Part shown: one piece after another, positions 12,701 to 24,700 of the stretch
Numbering within the stretch: the first letter of the stretch is position 1
Layout: each line of letters starts with the position of its first letter
Assembly: GCA_965649765.1 (NCBI GenBank)
Contig: OZ287750.1
Coordinates: 7,378,001 to 7,442,000, forward strand
Length of the DNA: 64,000 nt
Direction: 5' to 3'
Origin: Bispira polyomma
Lineage: Eukaryota
Translations under genes and position numbers: made by a program
Notes under the pieces: generated by a model
What the model was told of the DNA's origin: nothing
What the model saw: only the letters and a program-made list of their open reading frames with translations
Database searches by the model: none

Positions 12701-15700
12701 CCTGTTTTTCCACCAGTGAATTATACAGGAGTCTGAATACTCAACACCTCTTTACAGTGAACAATTTGTCTAAGCCCTATGAACGTTTACTATATATGGA
12801 TTTTACTATGTTATATTCTGTACATTTAATATAACTATTATCCAATTTTAATAATAAAGGTTCTACTCTATCAATCAAACGAATTTTGTATGTTTATATA
12901 CCTTTTATAGGTATCTAATTAAGATATACATGTCTTTATACAGCCCTTCAGGGAAAGGCATCCTGAGTGGACATGCTGATGGGTCCATAGTCAGGTATTT
13001 CTTTGATGATGAGGGTACTGGAGACTCCCAGGGGAAGCTCTGTGTACACCCATCTCCACCGTATGCTCTGGCCTGGGCCACCAATGCTATTGTAGCAGGC
13101 GGCTGTGACAAACGGGTGTTCTCTTATGACCGTACAGGGCGCATCATGCAGCAGTTTGACTACACCAGGGAGGATGATGAGCATGAGTTCACAGTGGCCT
13201 GTTGTAGTCCTAGTGGTCAGTCTGTGGTGGTGGGCAGTTATGACAGGTCAGTTTTCTGGATATACAGTCGAACCCTGTTAAGTAAAACTTCAAAGGACCA
13301 CACAGATTACTTCTACTTAGCAGGATTTCCAGTTAACAGGGTAAAATGTTTGATGGAAAAAGTCTAGTTAAAATTATCTTCTGCTTATGGAATTCGACCT
13401 AATACAGTTCTACTTAAAGGGGTTGGCTATAGTAAAATGAAACAGGTGTAAAACAAGGTAAAAATGCAAGTAAATGTAATATTATATTTATTATTTTAAA
13501 AAATAAGATAGTAACTGAACTATTTCTCAGTGTATCAGTTATCGTGTTATACATTCCTGATATTACCTGAAAAAAATATATAATACATTATTTGTGCATG
13601 TAATTTTTTTTCTTTCAAAATTAAAGATGTCACCTTTATGAAGGGCAGAAAATGTTTACAGAATGATAAAAACAGTGCTGTGTGGGTGTATCTTCTTGTG
13701 TAAAACAACGTAAAATATCCACAGAATCTCTCTTTAGGTTGCGAGTGTATAACTGGAGCCCCAGAAAAGGGATGTTTGATGAGGGCAAGGCCAAAGAGAT
13801 TTCTAATCTCTACAGTATCACTTCTATGGCCTGGAAGAAGGATGGCTCCAGACTGACAGCTGTAAGTGGTCAAATATGTACACTAAAAACTCCATTATCC
13901 AAATGCGATTTTAATAGTATGGTATCAGGTTCATAAAATGGTTGAGGAATGTGAAAAAAACAACAGTACATAAATGTATTAGAGTGAAAATGAGTTTATA
14001 ATGAAATAAAAATACTTGGGGGAAAATAGAAGTAATATCTACTATATACTATAATATTTTACATTTAGTGAAGTACATGTTGAGAATCTTAATTTTTAAA
14101 TTTGTAAAATAACAGTTAACACGCTATCAGTTATATATTTAGAAACCCTCTATTTTCTGAAGTTCTGTAAACTTTTGCTCAAACTGTTCTCCTGTTTTGA
14201 TATGTCACTTAGTTAATGCTATGTCGTTTTACAGGGGACCCTGTGTGGTGGAGTAGAGCTGTTTGACTGCTGTCTTAAGAGATCTGTCTACAAAAACAAG
14301 TTTGAAATGACATATGTTGGACTGAGTCAGGTATTTAATCATGCCAAATGCATTTAAATGGGAAGTATTAGGAATTGGTCTACTTTTCCTAGGTTGATTA
14401 ATTGGCCAATTTTCTAACTCATGGTCAACCTATAAATGATTAGTCTCTGTTCTTTTTATCACTGGGTCAATATTATTCAAAGTTTCTTTTGTGAAAGTGA
14501 AACATGATATAAAATGGCTGTAAATACATTGTACACTGGTAGTTACATTTTTTAAAAAATATTTTTTTATTTCAAATTATATTTGTGGTAAGACAAGAAG
14601 TGGTAGTTGTTTGTGTTAAAGATTTATTATTAATATTGCTTGCTGTTAACACACGGTTGAGATGTATTTCCACTTGGTTGTATATGTTTTGTAGGTGATT
14701 GTAAAGAACCTGTCCAGTGGAACCCGTGTCATCCTGAAGTCTTTCTATGGCTATGAAATCGATGAAGTGAAGATTATGGGAAATGACAGATTCTTAGTGG
14801 CTCACACCTCAGACACTCTCATGTTGGGTAAATACAGTAGGACTGACTGATGCCTAATGCTTTACAATGCAGAATCTTGACCAACTAGTACGCACTACTT
14901 TCCACCCACCAGTAAAACTACCTAGTCATTCTGTGGCCTAGTGGTTAGGGAGTTGGTCGGGTGATCAAAAGGTTTGCTGTTCGACTCCCTAAATTTTAGT
15001 GTAGTGATTTTCTCTTGTCCTGTAAATAGGGATGTTTTGTTATTGTTCTGTAAAAAAAAAAAACATTTTTAGGGTTAGACATTGTTGTTAGTCATGTTCT
15101 TTAAGTTAATTAATTAATTAATTAATTAATAAAAGAGTCTCTGGATTAGATAAAGTTGTTAATGGTGTGGTATAAATTTGTTTTATATACAGTGTTTTTA
15201 GTTTTGTATTGAGAAGCATTGTTGTATCTGTATTCAGGTGATCTGAGTACCACCAAACTAAGTGAAGTGCCATGGAATGCATCCAGTGGAAATGAGAAGT
15301 TTTACTTTGACAATGAAAGTGTAAGTTACATTCACCCAGAATTCTCAACATAGATGTTTCTATAAAGCATTATGTCTAAGTGTGAAAAAAATAGTATGGT
15401 TATACCATTTTGTTTGTGTATGGTTAAGATTTGTATTTATTAGTATTTTTACACTTTTGATTTAAAAGTACAGAAATATCTGGATGTCAGGGATGTCATC
15501 TTTTACAAGCGAGGTATTTCTGCTAACCATTCCCTATACAAAATTGTGTACTAAATGTGCAATGTGTCTATGGTCAGGGAGTTGACCTGGTGATCAGAAG
15601 GTCCCAGTTCAACCCCTGACTGGGGAGTTTGTCTGCCAGTTTGACTACTGGTAACACCACAATGGTTATTCAGTAATAACTTTCTTAGGCAAGATGTAAA

Positions 15701-18700
15701 CAAGCCATTGCCTACTGATGATGACCAATTGGCTATGTAATAGGATCTTGATTAATAGTCTGTGCATTCTGTTGTTGCAGTTTTGAATATGCCTGGCCTG
15801 AATAAGGCACGTCAATCTTTTTTACATGCCTTTTTACAGTTTCCGGTGATAGTTTTTTTCAGGGTCGAATGGGTGAAAAACCCAAAATGCAATACAAAAA
15901 AAATATATATAGACTATTTCTTGGATTTTCTCTACTTTAGTTAACTCTGTCATTCAATTTAGGTTAAAAAATTCATCATAAATTTAGGACTGACAGATAG
16001 TAAAGTAATAAACCATACACTTGTTTTTATAGGTGTGTATGATCTTTAATGCTGGGGAGCTGTCTCTGGTGGAGTATGGACAGAATGAGATCCTGGGTTC
16101 AGTGAGGACAGAGTTCATGAACCCTCACCTCATCAGTGTTAGGCTCAATGAACGGAAGCAGCTCGGGGTGGATGACAACAAGAAGATGGCTTACCTCATA
16201 GATCTGAAAACTATAGCCATAAGTAAGTGAGATGACTTACCTCATAGATCTGAAAACTATAGCCACAAGTAAGTGAGATGACTTACCTCATAGATCTGAA
16301 AACTATAGCCATAAGTAAGTGAGATGACTTACCTCATAGATCTGAAAAATATAGCCATAAGTAAGTGAGATGACTTACCTCATAGATCTGAAAACTATAG
16401 CCATAAGTAAGTGAGATGACTTACCTCGTAGATCTGAAAACTATAGCCATAAGTAAGTGAGATGACTTACCTCATAGATCTGAAAACTATAGCCATAAGT
16501 AAGTGAGATGACTTACCTCATAGATCTGAAAACTATAGCCATAAGTAAGTGAGATGACTTACCTCATAGATCTGAAAACTATAGCCATAAGTAAGTGAGA
16601 TGACTTACCTCATAGATCTGAAAACTATAGCTAAAAGTAAGCTTACCTTATAGATCTCAAGATTATAGCTATCAGTAACTAAGAAGATGGCTTGACTTAT
16701 AGATCTCAAGACTATAGCCATATGTAAGTAAGATGGCTTACCTCATAGATCTATAAAAGACTAGCTATCAGTAAGTAGAAAGTACTTTAGTGACCTGGTT
16801 ATTATAAGTTGTGCAAAGTGAATCAATGAATGTTATGTCTGTAATAATTTAAACAATTTTAGTGGTTATATGAAATCAGCCAGTACATTATGTTATTGAG
16901 ACCCTGCTGTACCAAAAGCTGTGACAATGTCTGACCAAATCTGTTGTGTATTGTGTATGAAATATGTCGGATGTACAAGAGTTTCAGTGGGTCACATAGA
17001 TGAGTAATGCTGTGATTAAAAGTGTTCTTATTTATTTTTTTCAGTGGATTTAATGTCTACAGCAAATCTGGGTCAGTTGACTCATGATTCCAAGATAGAC
17101 TGGCTGGAGGTAAGATTACTATAGGGAGGTTGGTGGTGGATGTCAAAAACTACCTTGCTTTTATTTTAAAGCCGATTTTAGTGGATTTTGAATATTTCCA
17201 TATCATTATAATATAGGGTACTATTATTTAATCATTTAAAGTTTATAATAATGATCTTCCTATCAAATTATTCTAGCCTGATCTAAGTAGAGGTTTAAAG
17301 ATTCAGCTGTTAATTCTAGTGTTTTTGTCTTATTTCCCTGGGCCAGTGAGCCTCATATACCTCTATTATCCAAACTTGTTGAGAGAGCAAAATTTTGTCT
17401 AATACAAGGTTCGTAAAATAACAGTGGGAATTTATGTTTAATCAATAAGGTAACTTAAAATTGTGAGAATGTAAGTGAATTAATATAATATTCAGATATC
17501 AGAAGTTTTGATAATAGAGGGTCTACTCTCCAATCTGTATTCTGTTGTAGCTCAATGAAACTGGAAGGAAGCTGCTATTCAGAGACAAACGCTTGAAGGT
17601 GGGTACTATTGTATTTTCTCACGTGACTGTGACAGCAGTTTTACTAGTTTGTCTTGTTTGAAATAGCTGTACGAGAATACGTCTAACACCTAAAATATAA
17701 TAATGACACATATTATGAGATTTGCATACTGTTTTAATGATAATGTTTTACTCTCAGTAAACCTCTCCTATATTCTATGTCACTGTATATTCCAGCTACA
17801 CCTGTATGACATAGCCACCCAGAACAGAACTACCATCCTCAACTACTGCTCCTATGTACAGTGGGTTCCACTCAGTGATGTGGTAGTCGCCCAAAACAGA
17901 GGAAGCCTCTGTGTCTGGTACAACATGGACTCCCCAGAAAAAGTCACCATGTTCCCAATAAAGGTAAACTCTCTCACACGAGGTACAGTCTTGTTTGTCT
18001 ATAACAAAACCCAAAACCAGAGAAACGGAAAGAGGCTGTTACATATAGGAGGTTATTTATGTACAGGGACAAGCTTTTAGATAAGTTAATTTTTATCCAA
18101 AGTGTCTAAAGATATCTAAGTATAATACTATGGTAAAAGCAGGAGGCATTGTGTACACTATAAATTACATTGCTATTAAAATGATAACTTTGTCAAAAGA
18201 GTCCCCTCCTTTAAGGGTTGAAAATATCGCAATTTTCAATTACTAAAGGGGTGATTTTACCCATTTAAAAAACATTGTGAATTAAACATTTGTAAAATAT
18301 GTATCGGCTGTATTATATGTTTAGATGTTTATTTTTATGATACACTCATCTCCCACTTCTGCAGTCGTGGGCTTGAAGCATGGTCATTGTATGAATGTGG
18401 CAAAGTTGGCAGTAGATTTGCTGAAGGCTGTGGGTTGCAGTGCAAAAAGGCTTGGCCAATTACCCAAGAGGTGTTAAAAGTGACATTGATACCTACACTA
18501 AACTAAATTGAGAATTGTGGGTTTTTGACAGCATTATGTGGGATTTTTCTCACTGACGGTTTTTCCCTGTTTCTAGGGAGATATTGTGGACTTGGAGAGA
18601 AATGATGGTAAGACCGAGGTGATGGTCAATGAAGGAGTAACCACTGTATCTTACACACTGGACGAAGGGCTCATAGAGTTTGGTACGGCTATCGATGATG

Positions 18701-21700
18701 GTGACTTCTCCAGGTGAGCACTATTATAACTATATCTAATCTAAACAAACTTGTACAAGATGGCAAACTGGATGCCAACATTACCTTTTCTTTTAAATTT
18801 TAAAGTGGCTCATCAGAAATCAAACACAAGAACTGGTTGACTGAACAATATTGCAGAATTATTGTACAAAATTCTGTATGGACATTAAAATCCTATACCA
18901 CATCAACATCAAAATATATTTTTTAGGAGAGGACATATCCTGTTTACAGTTAACATTCTATGTACATGTATTTCCAAACATGTACGCTGTGAACTGAACA
19001 AAATAATTAAAAAAACCAAACAAAAAAAAGCCAATGAACTTTACAAGGTCGAAACCAAGAAGATGCCAGTAAAAAAGCAAGACTATAAAAGATGACAGGC
19101 CAAGTTAAACAAATAAGATTTGAACCTTTTCTTGAAAACCCTGAGAGACAGAACAAACATCATGGGGTAAATCAGGTGACAGAATTGGAGCAGTGTATGT
19201 TTGCCTATTGTCATCAGGGAGCCTCGGTGGAGTAGTATTAAGACTCACTAGGTTAAAACTAAATTGGGAAGAGTGAAAGTCTTTTCACAAAACCAAATAG
19301 TTGGAGGATAGAAGAGGTTATACTGCATGTTTGGAAAAGAAGCTGGGTACAGACTGGACAATGTTTCAGGACTACTCTTCTTGATTATGGCTCTGGTTGA
19401 GCACCCTGGAGACTGTTTACAGTGAATAAGGCAGTGTATAAGTAAATTAAGAAATAACCCTTGACTAACCAGGGATATACAGGGACTTTTACCACAATTG
19501 GAGGCATGGGAACACGATGACAAAGTTCCAGTATATCCCTGGTTTGGAATGAGTTATTATTGTTATTCTAACATGAAAAATTTAAAATTGTTACCTAAAT
19601 CTTGCTGTACTTTAAAATTATTTCTCTTTACTGTCAGGAACTACTAAGAAAATGTAAGAAACATTGTAGAAGAAAACAGTTTTGGCTGTTCTGACCTAGT
19701 AGTCCTAGATTTAACCATACTTTAGAACTTATCAGAATTGGCGGGACAAGCTTGTTATGTTAGAATACATTAGTGTTGTATGTGTAATACTGAGTTGATC
19801 TTGTTCAGAGTCGTAGCCTTCCTGATGACTCTGGAGTTGGTTATTAGAGGTTTTACTTAATATATTTAATGCTCATTAAAAGCTACTTTGCCAAAGTTGA
19901 TTGAATTACAAAAGAGACTTAAAAAAAATTTTGAAGAACAATAATGCTTGAGTATTAAAATGGATAGACAAAGTCAATTCCAACAAAATTGGTCAGTATT
20001 TGCCACTTAATTTTCGTAAATTACTGTATATTTAAAAATGATTACATAATTGCCGGACATTAAATTTTAAGATTGTGTTTGTCATGTTACAGTATTGATG
20101 ATATATGATTTATGTGGGGAAAAAAAGATATATATATTTAATGCTGAGTCACTATTCCCCAGAGCCGTGGCCTTCTTGGAGACTCTGGAGTTGTCTGCAG
20201 AGACTGAGGCCATGTGGAAGACCCTGAGTAGGTTGTCACTGGAGGCACACCACCTACACATAGCAGAGAGGTAAGACATACATACAACTATAGGACAGCT
20301 ATGTATATGTGAGTTAATTTGTTTGTGCGTTTGTTTGTCACAAGGATTACACAAAAATTACTAAACTGATTTACATTAGATTTAGTAGAGGGATGGGATA
20401 TTGGCCAAGGAAGAATTCGTTAAATTTTGGAGTGTATGTGGGTAAAAAAGTTACTCTACAAGTTTCTATATGTCATCAGGTAAAATAGCTAGGTAGGCAG
20501 TTTTGAAAATTTTAGTTGTGTGTAATATAGCAGTTTACAGCAGTTAAAAACAGTTCCATTTCCATGTGGTAATAGTAACCATTTTTAAACTGCTGCCAAT
20601 ATTCAGATGCTTTGCTGCTCTTGGGGATGTGTCGAAAGCCAGATATCTGCAGGAAACCAACAAAATAGCGTCAGAAGCTGCTCAGCATATGGTGAGTTGT
20701 ACAGTGCTGGCTTTCTGTCAAATAGAGTATTGAATGTTAGAAGTTGTGAGCAAACGATTTAATGAATGTTTAAACTTTCCTCTGTGAAGTAGTGTCACAT
20801 GACGTCAGACACAATGAATTCAGTAACCTGTGGTGGAAGTCAACTGTATAAAATTTAGCATAACCGTTCTTTCTTATTTGTACGACTGAGAGTGAAATTT
20901 TACAATTTATCTTGCTCTACATGATTGTATCTTATCCCCTCAAGAAATTTTTTTTTTTCCTTGAAGGTTGTGTCTCGTTCCTCAAAGATTTAGAAAGTAT
21001 CTTGTGGGAAAAAGGATAACCAAATTTCTTCAATACTCTATATGTCATTAACTTTAAGGGCTTCATGACAATTGACCAAGTGTAATCCCAGCACTATTGT
21101 TGATACAATAAAATCTCTAAAAGTAAATGTTTTGCTACTTTGTGGTCTCCGGTGGCCTATTGGTTAAGAAAATAGTCTGGTGATCAAAAGGTTCTGAGAT
21201 CAACTCCCTTGGGCAAGATGTGTGCACGCATTTGCCTACTGGCTCAGACGACCACTTAAAATAGCGGTCCTCTGTAACCAGGTCCTATCGTCAGTGGCAG
21301 ACTAAAGGTCCTTGGGGACATTGACAAATGGCCACTGATGAAGTTGACTGTTACAGTCAGGAAAGGTCATACTAGATAAGAATTCAACATAATAGAGATT
21401 CTACTGTAAATACAGTCTTTTAGCCGCTTGGTTTAGTCGTCGGACAATTGTTATTGTTTGATATTCAGGGAGGTGATGGCTATAACCACTACAAGGTGCG
21501 TGCCCGTATGGCCATACTAGACAAGAACCTAAAGCTTGCTGAGAGTGTCTACTTAGAACAGAACAACATCAATGAGGCCATGGAGATGTACCAGGAACTA
21601 CACAAGTGGGATGAGGCTCTGGAGGTGGCAGACGCTAGGGGTAAGGGGGTATGAATATTGGGGTATTAATGTTAGTACTAAGATATACTTGGGTCAATAG

Positions 21701-24700
21701 GTACCAAGAGTTACACAAGTAGGATGAGGCATTGGAAGTAGCAGACGTTAGGGGTGAGGGTGTGTAAATATTGGGGTAATAATGTCAACACATCAGAGAA
21801 GGTGTACACGTAGTTACAGTGTTGGATGTTAATGTTCCAAAATGCTTACATTATAAAAATAGACATGGTTAAACTTTCATTATGCTAAAATAAGAACATT
21901 GGTAATGTACGGTCATCAAACTCAATCTAGCTTGTCCATATCGTAATGTTTATATAAGCAGATGAACTTATTTGTGAAAAAAAATAACCAACATTTGCGA
22001 TGTAGGGTAAATACCCAGCCACTGTACATATATTACAGTCTATCCAAAAATTTTAGTGATTCCACGAAATGATAAGTGGTCACGGGCATTATGGGAAATG
22101 GTCGAAAATTTTATTCATTACGCGTATTGACTGGTTTTGCATGTCGACTGAACATATATAAATATGTACACTGTATATACAGGTCATCCTGAGCTGGAGA
22201 ACTTGACCAGTAACTACTATCAGTGGCTGATGGACACTAACCAGGAGGGCAAGGCAGGGGACTTGAAAGAGAGGGAGGGAGACTATATGGCAGCCATCAA
22301 CCTCTATATGAAGGTAGGAAGTGCTGGGGTTATAAACTTACACTTAAATACCTTAAAGAGAGGGAGGAGACTATATGGCAGCCATCAACCTCTACATGAA
22401 GGTAGGAACTGCTGAGGGTATATACTTACACTTAAATGCCTTAAAGAGAGGGAGGGAGACTATATGGCAGCCATCAACCCACACATGAAAGTAGGAACTG
22501 CTGGGGTTATAAACTTACACCTCAATACCTTAAAGAGAGGGAGAGAGACTATATGGCAGCCATGAACCTCTACGTGAAGGTAGGAATACCTCAGGACCTA
22601 TTTACTGTTGTGTTTGGATAATAGAATGTTTATAAAATAGAGGAGGCCTTTATGAACAAAACAATAGGACAACATAAATTTGGGAGAGTGAAATGAGTTC
22701 ATAAAGTCAAATTTTTGAATAATAGAAGTTCGAATAATAGTGGTTCCACTTTATATCATAGAGTAACAAAATGGTCAGTACATGTGTATGGTCATATGTT
22801 TAGGCTGGTATGCCCGCTAGAGCTGCCAGGACAGTGACCAACCACGATGACCTGATGAACAATGGCGAGCTTGTGCAGAGGATAGCCAGTGCCCTGCTGA
22901 AGGGGGAGATGTATGAGAGGGCTGGAGACCTGTATGAGAAGATCAAGAAATACCAGGAAGCCCTGCAGTGTTATAGGAAGGGAGAGGCTTGGAGGAGGGC
23001 TATAGAACTCGCCAGGTACTTTTGTTATGAGTTCTCCTATATCCTGCGTTTGATGTCCCGCGTCCGGAGTCCTATGTCCGCCTTTTGGGAACAACTGTGG
23101 TTTTTGTTCATTTTAAGAAGTATTGCAGATATCACCAAATAATGTACAGAGGTTATTAGGTCAGTAGCTTGCGTGGTATTTATTTTGGACCCGTTTAAAA
23201 AAACAAGATGGCCACCATTGGAAAAATCGGGATAACGGTTTTTAATCATTTTAAGGAGAACACTGCAGATATCATCACCAAATTTTATATTGTGTATTGG
23301 GTCAATAGCTACGCCAGTTTCTCTGAAAGAAAGTCACTGTACTGTCATGATGACCATCGTGTGTATCATCATGAAAACTATTTTTACTCATTGAAAGAAG
23401 ATCTATAGAAAATTCATCAAATTTCTTATGTAGACGGACAATTTGCTTTTGAGGGTGGGACATTTACACGAAATGCCTCGTTAATGATGGCTCTGGTCGA
23501 GTTAGCCCTCGTTGAGTTGGCCCAATTCTAGTTTAGTTTGAACCAGAACCAGTTTAGCATTATGGGGGCTGATGTAAACAAGATCAAGTGACAAATATCG
23601 TGGGAGATTTTTATGATTACAAGTGATAATACTAGTGTTAATAAAACATGGAATACGTACGTTTTCCTACAAATTTGTGTTGCTTCTTTTATTTCTCACT
23701 GCTTTCTACTAAATTTTAATTAGAAATATAGCAATGGGACCTTATGATAACTTGTATGTAACAGTTAATTCCACTTATAACAGTTGTGACTGTATCAAAT
23801 ATGCTGTTTGTTTTCCTCCAGGTATGCTTTCCCCCAGGATATTGTGAAGCTGGAAGAGGAGTGGGGTGACTACTTAGTGCATCAAAAACAACTGGATGCA
23901 GCCATCAATCACTTCATTGAGGCTGGGTGAGTCTACTCTTAAAATAGGGTAAAACTAAAACTACATGAAGCTGCTAAAGTTCGTCCATGTGAGGCACAGA
24001 TTTAATGTTGTCTCCTGATGTAGTATGGGGGTCGCGGTGGCCTAGTGGTTATAAGTGTCTGCTTTAAAATCACTGGCCTCTTACCTCTGGGGATTGAATC
24101 CCACAGATTCCTTCTTAATATGAGAAAGTTTTTTAGGTACTTGCCGTTTAGGTAATTTCGCATTTTTTTACTTTTGTTTTACAAGTGCATGACCATTGGT
24201 TTTCTCAACACTAATCCTGGCCCTGGCGATATGACAAATGCTGTTGAAAGCAACGTAAAACCCAAATAAATTTGAATTACTGATGTAGTGATGTAATTTC
24301 AATAATCCAGCTGGAGGCCTCTGTGGTATAGTGGTAACATGTTTGCCTTCCACCTCTGTATGCTGTGGTTTCAAATTTTGGCCCTGGCATATATGTGGAA
24401 ATGTTTGTGATATACTTACTGAAAGGCCGCTGGTATTGAGAGTAGAAAACCTTGACCAACTACACAAGGTTCTGATTTCTTCCACCAGTGAAACTGCTTG
24501 TTGTAACACTCGGACACATTGAAAGCGACATTAAACCCAGGCTAATCTAAATCCATAATCCTGCCATAAGCATTCACAAAGTAGCTCCCAATATTCTTTG
24601 TTGGCCATTGTTAAACTTGTCTAATGTTATTTGTAATTTAGTGCAACCGTCAAAGCCTGTGATGCAGCCATTGCCTCCCGCCAGTGGAACAAAGCTGTCC

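Noticed and set aside
16185-16777. CRISPR-like regular array (also 44822-44912)
   Set aside because: No unique spacers, no cas genes, and a eukaryotic intron/TE context.
21333-21368. Hammerhead-like CTGATGA..stem..GAAA
   Set aside because: Extra bases lie between CTGATGA and the stem, and I found no stems I/III with an NUH site; it lies in a SINE tail.
24028-24110. tRNA genes at A/B-box sites (also 14933, 21150, 31358, 38060)
   Set aside because: No cloverleaf; each continues into a shared SINE body.
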